Assembly (NCBI GenBank): GCA_030390025.1
Contig: CM059432.1
Span: 97,032,001 to 97,096,000, forward strand
Reading direction: 5' to 3'
Source: Squalus acanthias
Lineage: Eukaryota
DNA: 64,000 bases
Position numbers and translations under genes: made by a program. A model generated the notes under the pieces. The model was not told where the DNA came from. It made no database searches and saw nothing but the letters and a program-made list of their open reading frames with translations. The number at the start of each line of letters is the position of its first letter. Positions within the stretch are counted from its first letter, which is position 1. Positions 61,844 to 64,000 of this stretch are shown here, in pieces.

Positions 61844-62450
61844 TAAAACAACAACAATTTGCATTTATATAGTGCCTTTAACATAATAAACATCCCAAGG
61901 CGCTTCAGAGGAGCGTTATTAAACAAAATTTGACACTGAGCCACATAAGGAGATATTAGGACAGGTGACCAAAAGCTTGGTCAAAGAGGTCGGTTTTAAA
62001 GAGCGTCTTAAAGGAGGAGAGAGAGGTAGAGAGGTGGAGAGGTTTAGGGAGGGAATTCTAGAACTTAGCACCTAGGAAGCTGAAGGCTGAAGTGAGATGA
62101 CTAAAATCGGGGATGTGCAAGAGGTCAGAATTGGAGGAGCACAGAGATCTCAGAGGGTTGTAGTTCCTGGTAGGACCCGGTGCAAGTTAGGATATGGGCA
62201 TCAGAGTTTTGGATGAGCTCAAGTTTATGAATGGTGCAAGTTGGGAGACCAGCCAGGAGAGTATTGGTATTGTAGAATCTAGAAGTAACAAAGGAATGAA
62301 TGAGGGTGTCAGCTGCAGATGTGTTGAGGGAGGGGCAGAGACGGGAGAGGTTACAGAGATGGAAGTAGGCGGTCTTGGTGATGGAGAGGATATGGGGTCA
62401 GAAGCTTAGCTCAGGATCAAATAGGACGGCAAGGTTGTGAATGATTTGGA
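61844..62450 (-). mobile_element. L2 LINE 3' fragment
   Basis: (AAC)n tail followed by TTGCATTTATATAGTGCCTTT; GACCAAAAGCTTGGTCAAAGAGG; upstream ORF2-like sequence. Confidence 0.75.
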
Positions 62451-63595
62451 CTCTAAATCGCTATCAGCAGATGAGTGGCAGAGTGAACCTTGAATCCACT
62501 GAGTGGAGTGGAGTGGCCCAGACCCCATCCAAGGAAAAGCTTCATTTTTATTCCTCCTACACCCAATGGAACAAGTGGGCCTCTTATGGAAGTTAAGCAA
62601 TCCCTTTAGGGAAAAGTTTTGGGGTCTTCATGAGGCCTTAACCTGGAATCATGGCAGCTTTCAGTTAGTGAGAGTAGCCCTTAAGCCTTATAAGGGCCAA
62701 ATAGATAGAATTTCTGGTTTAGCCCAGGAACCCCCCCCCCCAGGTGAGCCCCCTTGAGATGAAGGCTGAGTTGGTGGAAGATCGACCAGATTTTAAAAAC
62801 CAACTCCAAAATGTTGAGTGGGTACAATGGGAGCCAAGAGAAAGAGCAAATCTAGTAGGAGATCTTCTCTATGTGTAGAAAAGTATTCTTTATAAGCAGG
62901 TTTAAAATGTGACATTTGTAAACAGAAAATATTGCCTGATGGTGATTCAAAGTATTAAACTTAATGGTATTAGAAAAGAAAAGACTGATTTGATTAGCTG
63001 TGAGGAAAAATCCTCCAGGAGTGAAAGGGTTAAAGATCAAATGAAAGATTGAAATAAGAACCACATTTAAGCTAAGATTCCATTAGCTCAATAATATGAG
63101 AACAGGTTAAGCAGACGCTCCTTTTTTTTTGTGATTGAATGAATCTGTCAGCCATTTTCATGAGTTAATATCCACTGGTTACCTCTTCTCAGCTGAATTA
63201 GATACATTTGATTGTGAATTGCCTATCACACAACGTGCTGACTGGCCTTGTCTTGTTCCATTTTTTAATGTTTTTCTTCTGATGACCCCATTTTCACTTT
63301 TCAATTTGCTTTAAGGTAGCTGGAAAGGTTTCACTACCAGTTAGGTATATAGGATTTCTAATGTTAGCAGAATTCTCTTTCAACAAAACCTTTTCTGGTA
63401 AGTCTGGAGTAAAATTATTTTTACTACTATATATTTAATTCTTTTGAACTGGAATCCTTTTCGAAATTGAGAAAGCAAGGTAGAGGGCTAAGGCTCATAG
63501 CACAGAACACTGCGAAGTTTCAACAGATATAAGAGCAGATATAAAGCAGAAAGCAAGGATTAAAATACACTAAGATTTGGTTTTAAAACCTATGA

Positions 63596-64000
63596 GGGCT
63601 AAATTGGGCTGTCTAGCACCCAATTTTTATGTGCTACATAGACACATAAGGCCCCAAATAGGGGATCAAGATGGGAACTACGTAGGATGCCATCTTGGTA
63701 AAGGGGTTTCGTGCGCACGCCTACCGACAACATACAAAAAAGAGAGATGATGACGCGAATCAGTGTGCAATGCTGATTTAAAGCCACTGCTGCCATTTTT
63801 GAACACCACGCTCCAGCCTACACCCTGTCTGAACCTTGCACAGCTGAACATGATGTTAAGCGGCATGAAGGACCCCCCACCAGTGCTATTTAAAGGGATC
63901 ATGGATTACTTACAGGTTAGTTGCTGGATTATTTCTTCAGGCTGCTGGTGCAATTGTACGCATTTTTGGAGCTTTCCTATACTTTACTAAAGTTTGAATA
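63596..64000. mobile_element. Possible left end of another Harbinger-type element running off the window
   Basis: TGA|GGGCTAAATTGGG resembles the Harbinger termini seen elsewhere in the window, and composition shifts here. The partner end is not visible. Confidence 0.35.

Overview
Eukaryotic, transposon-dense DNA whose repeat families (CR1 and L2 LINEs, Deu-type tRNA SINEs, a Penelope-type terminal repeat, Harbinger elements) point to a cartilaginous fish or similar vertebrate; the taxon is an inference. No host protein-coding gene can be supported. Nearly all short ORFs are transposon fragments or antisense noise. The main structure is a Harbinger/PIF DNA transposon (~20354-38853; Myb/SANT gene on +, HARBI1-type transposase on -). 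It carries two head-to-tail, near full-length Tx1-clade retrotransposons (20634-27746, 27887-34990). Both sit at the same site, and a 140-bp segment from upstream of the Myb gene is present three times (20494-20633, 27747-27886, 34991-35130). That segment has a CCAAT/TATA-like/Inr layout, so the best candidate for an undescribed system is a site-specific Tx1 hyperparasite that duplicates and uses a Harbinger promoter. Its 5' UTR also has a conserved kissing-loop-like RNA structure. Other features: three solo LTRs with TSDs, two more decayed Harbingers plus MITEs, a hAT element, an RTE nested in a SINE, nested CR1s, L2 fragments and a minimal hammerhead ribozyme. All calls come from reading the sequence; no database search was run.
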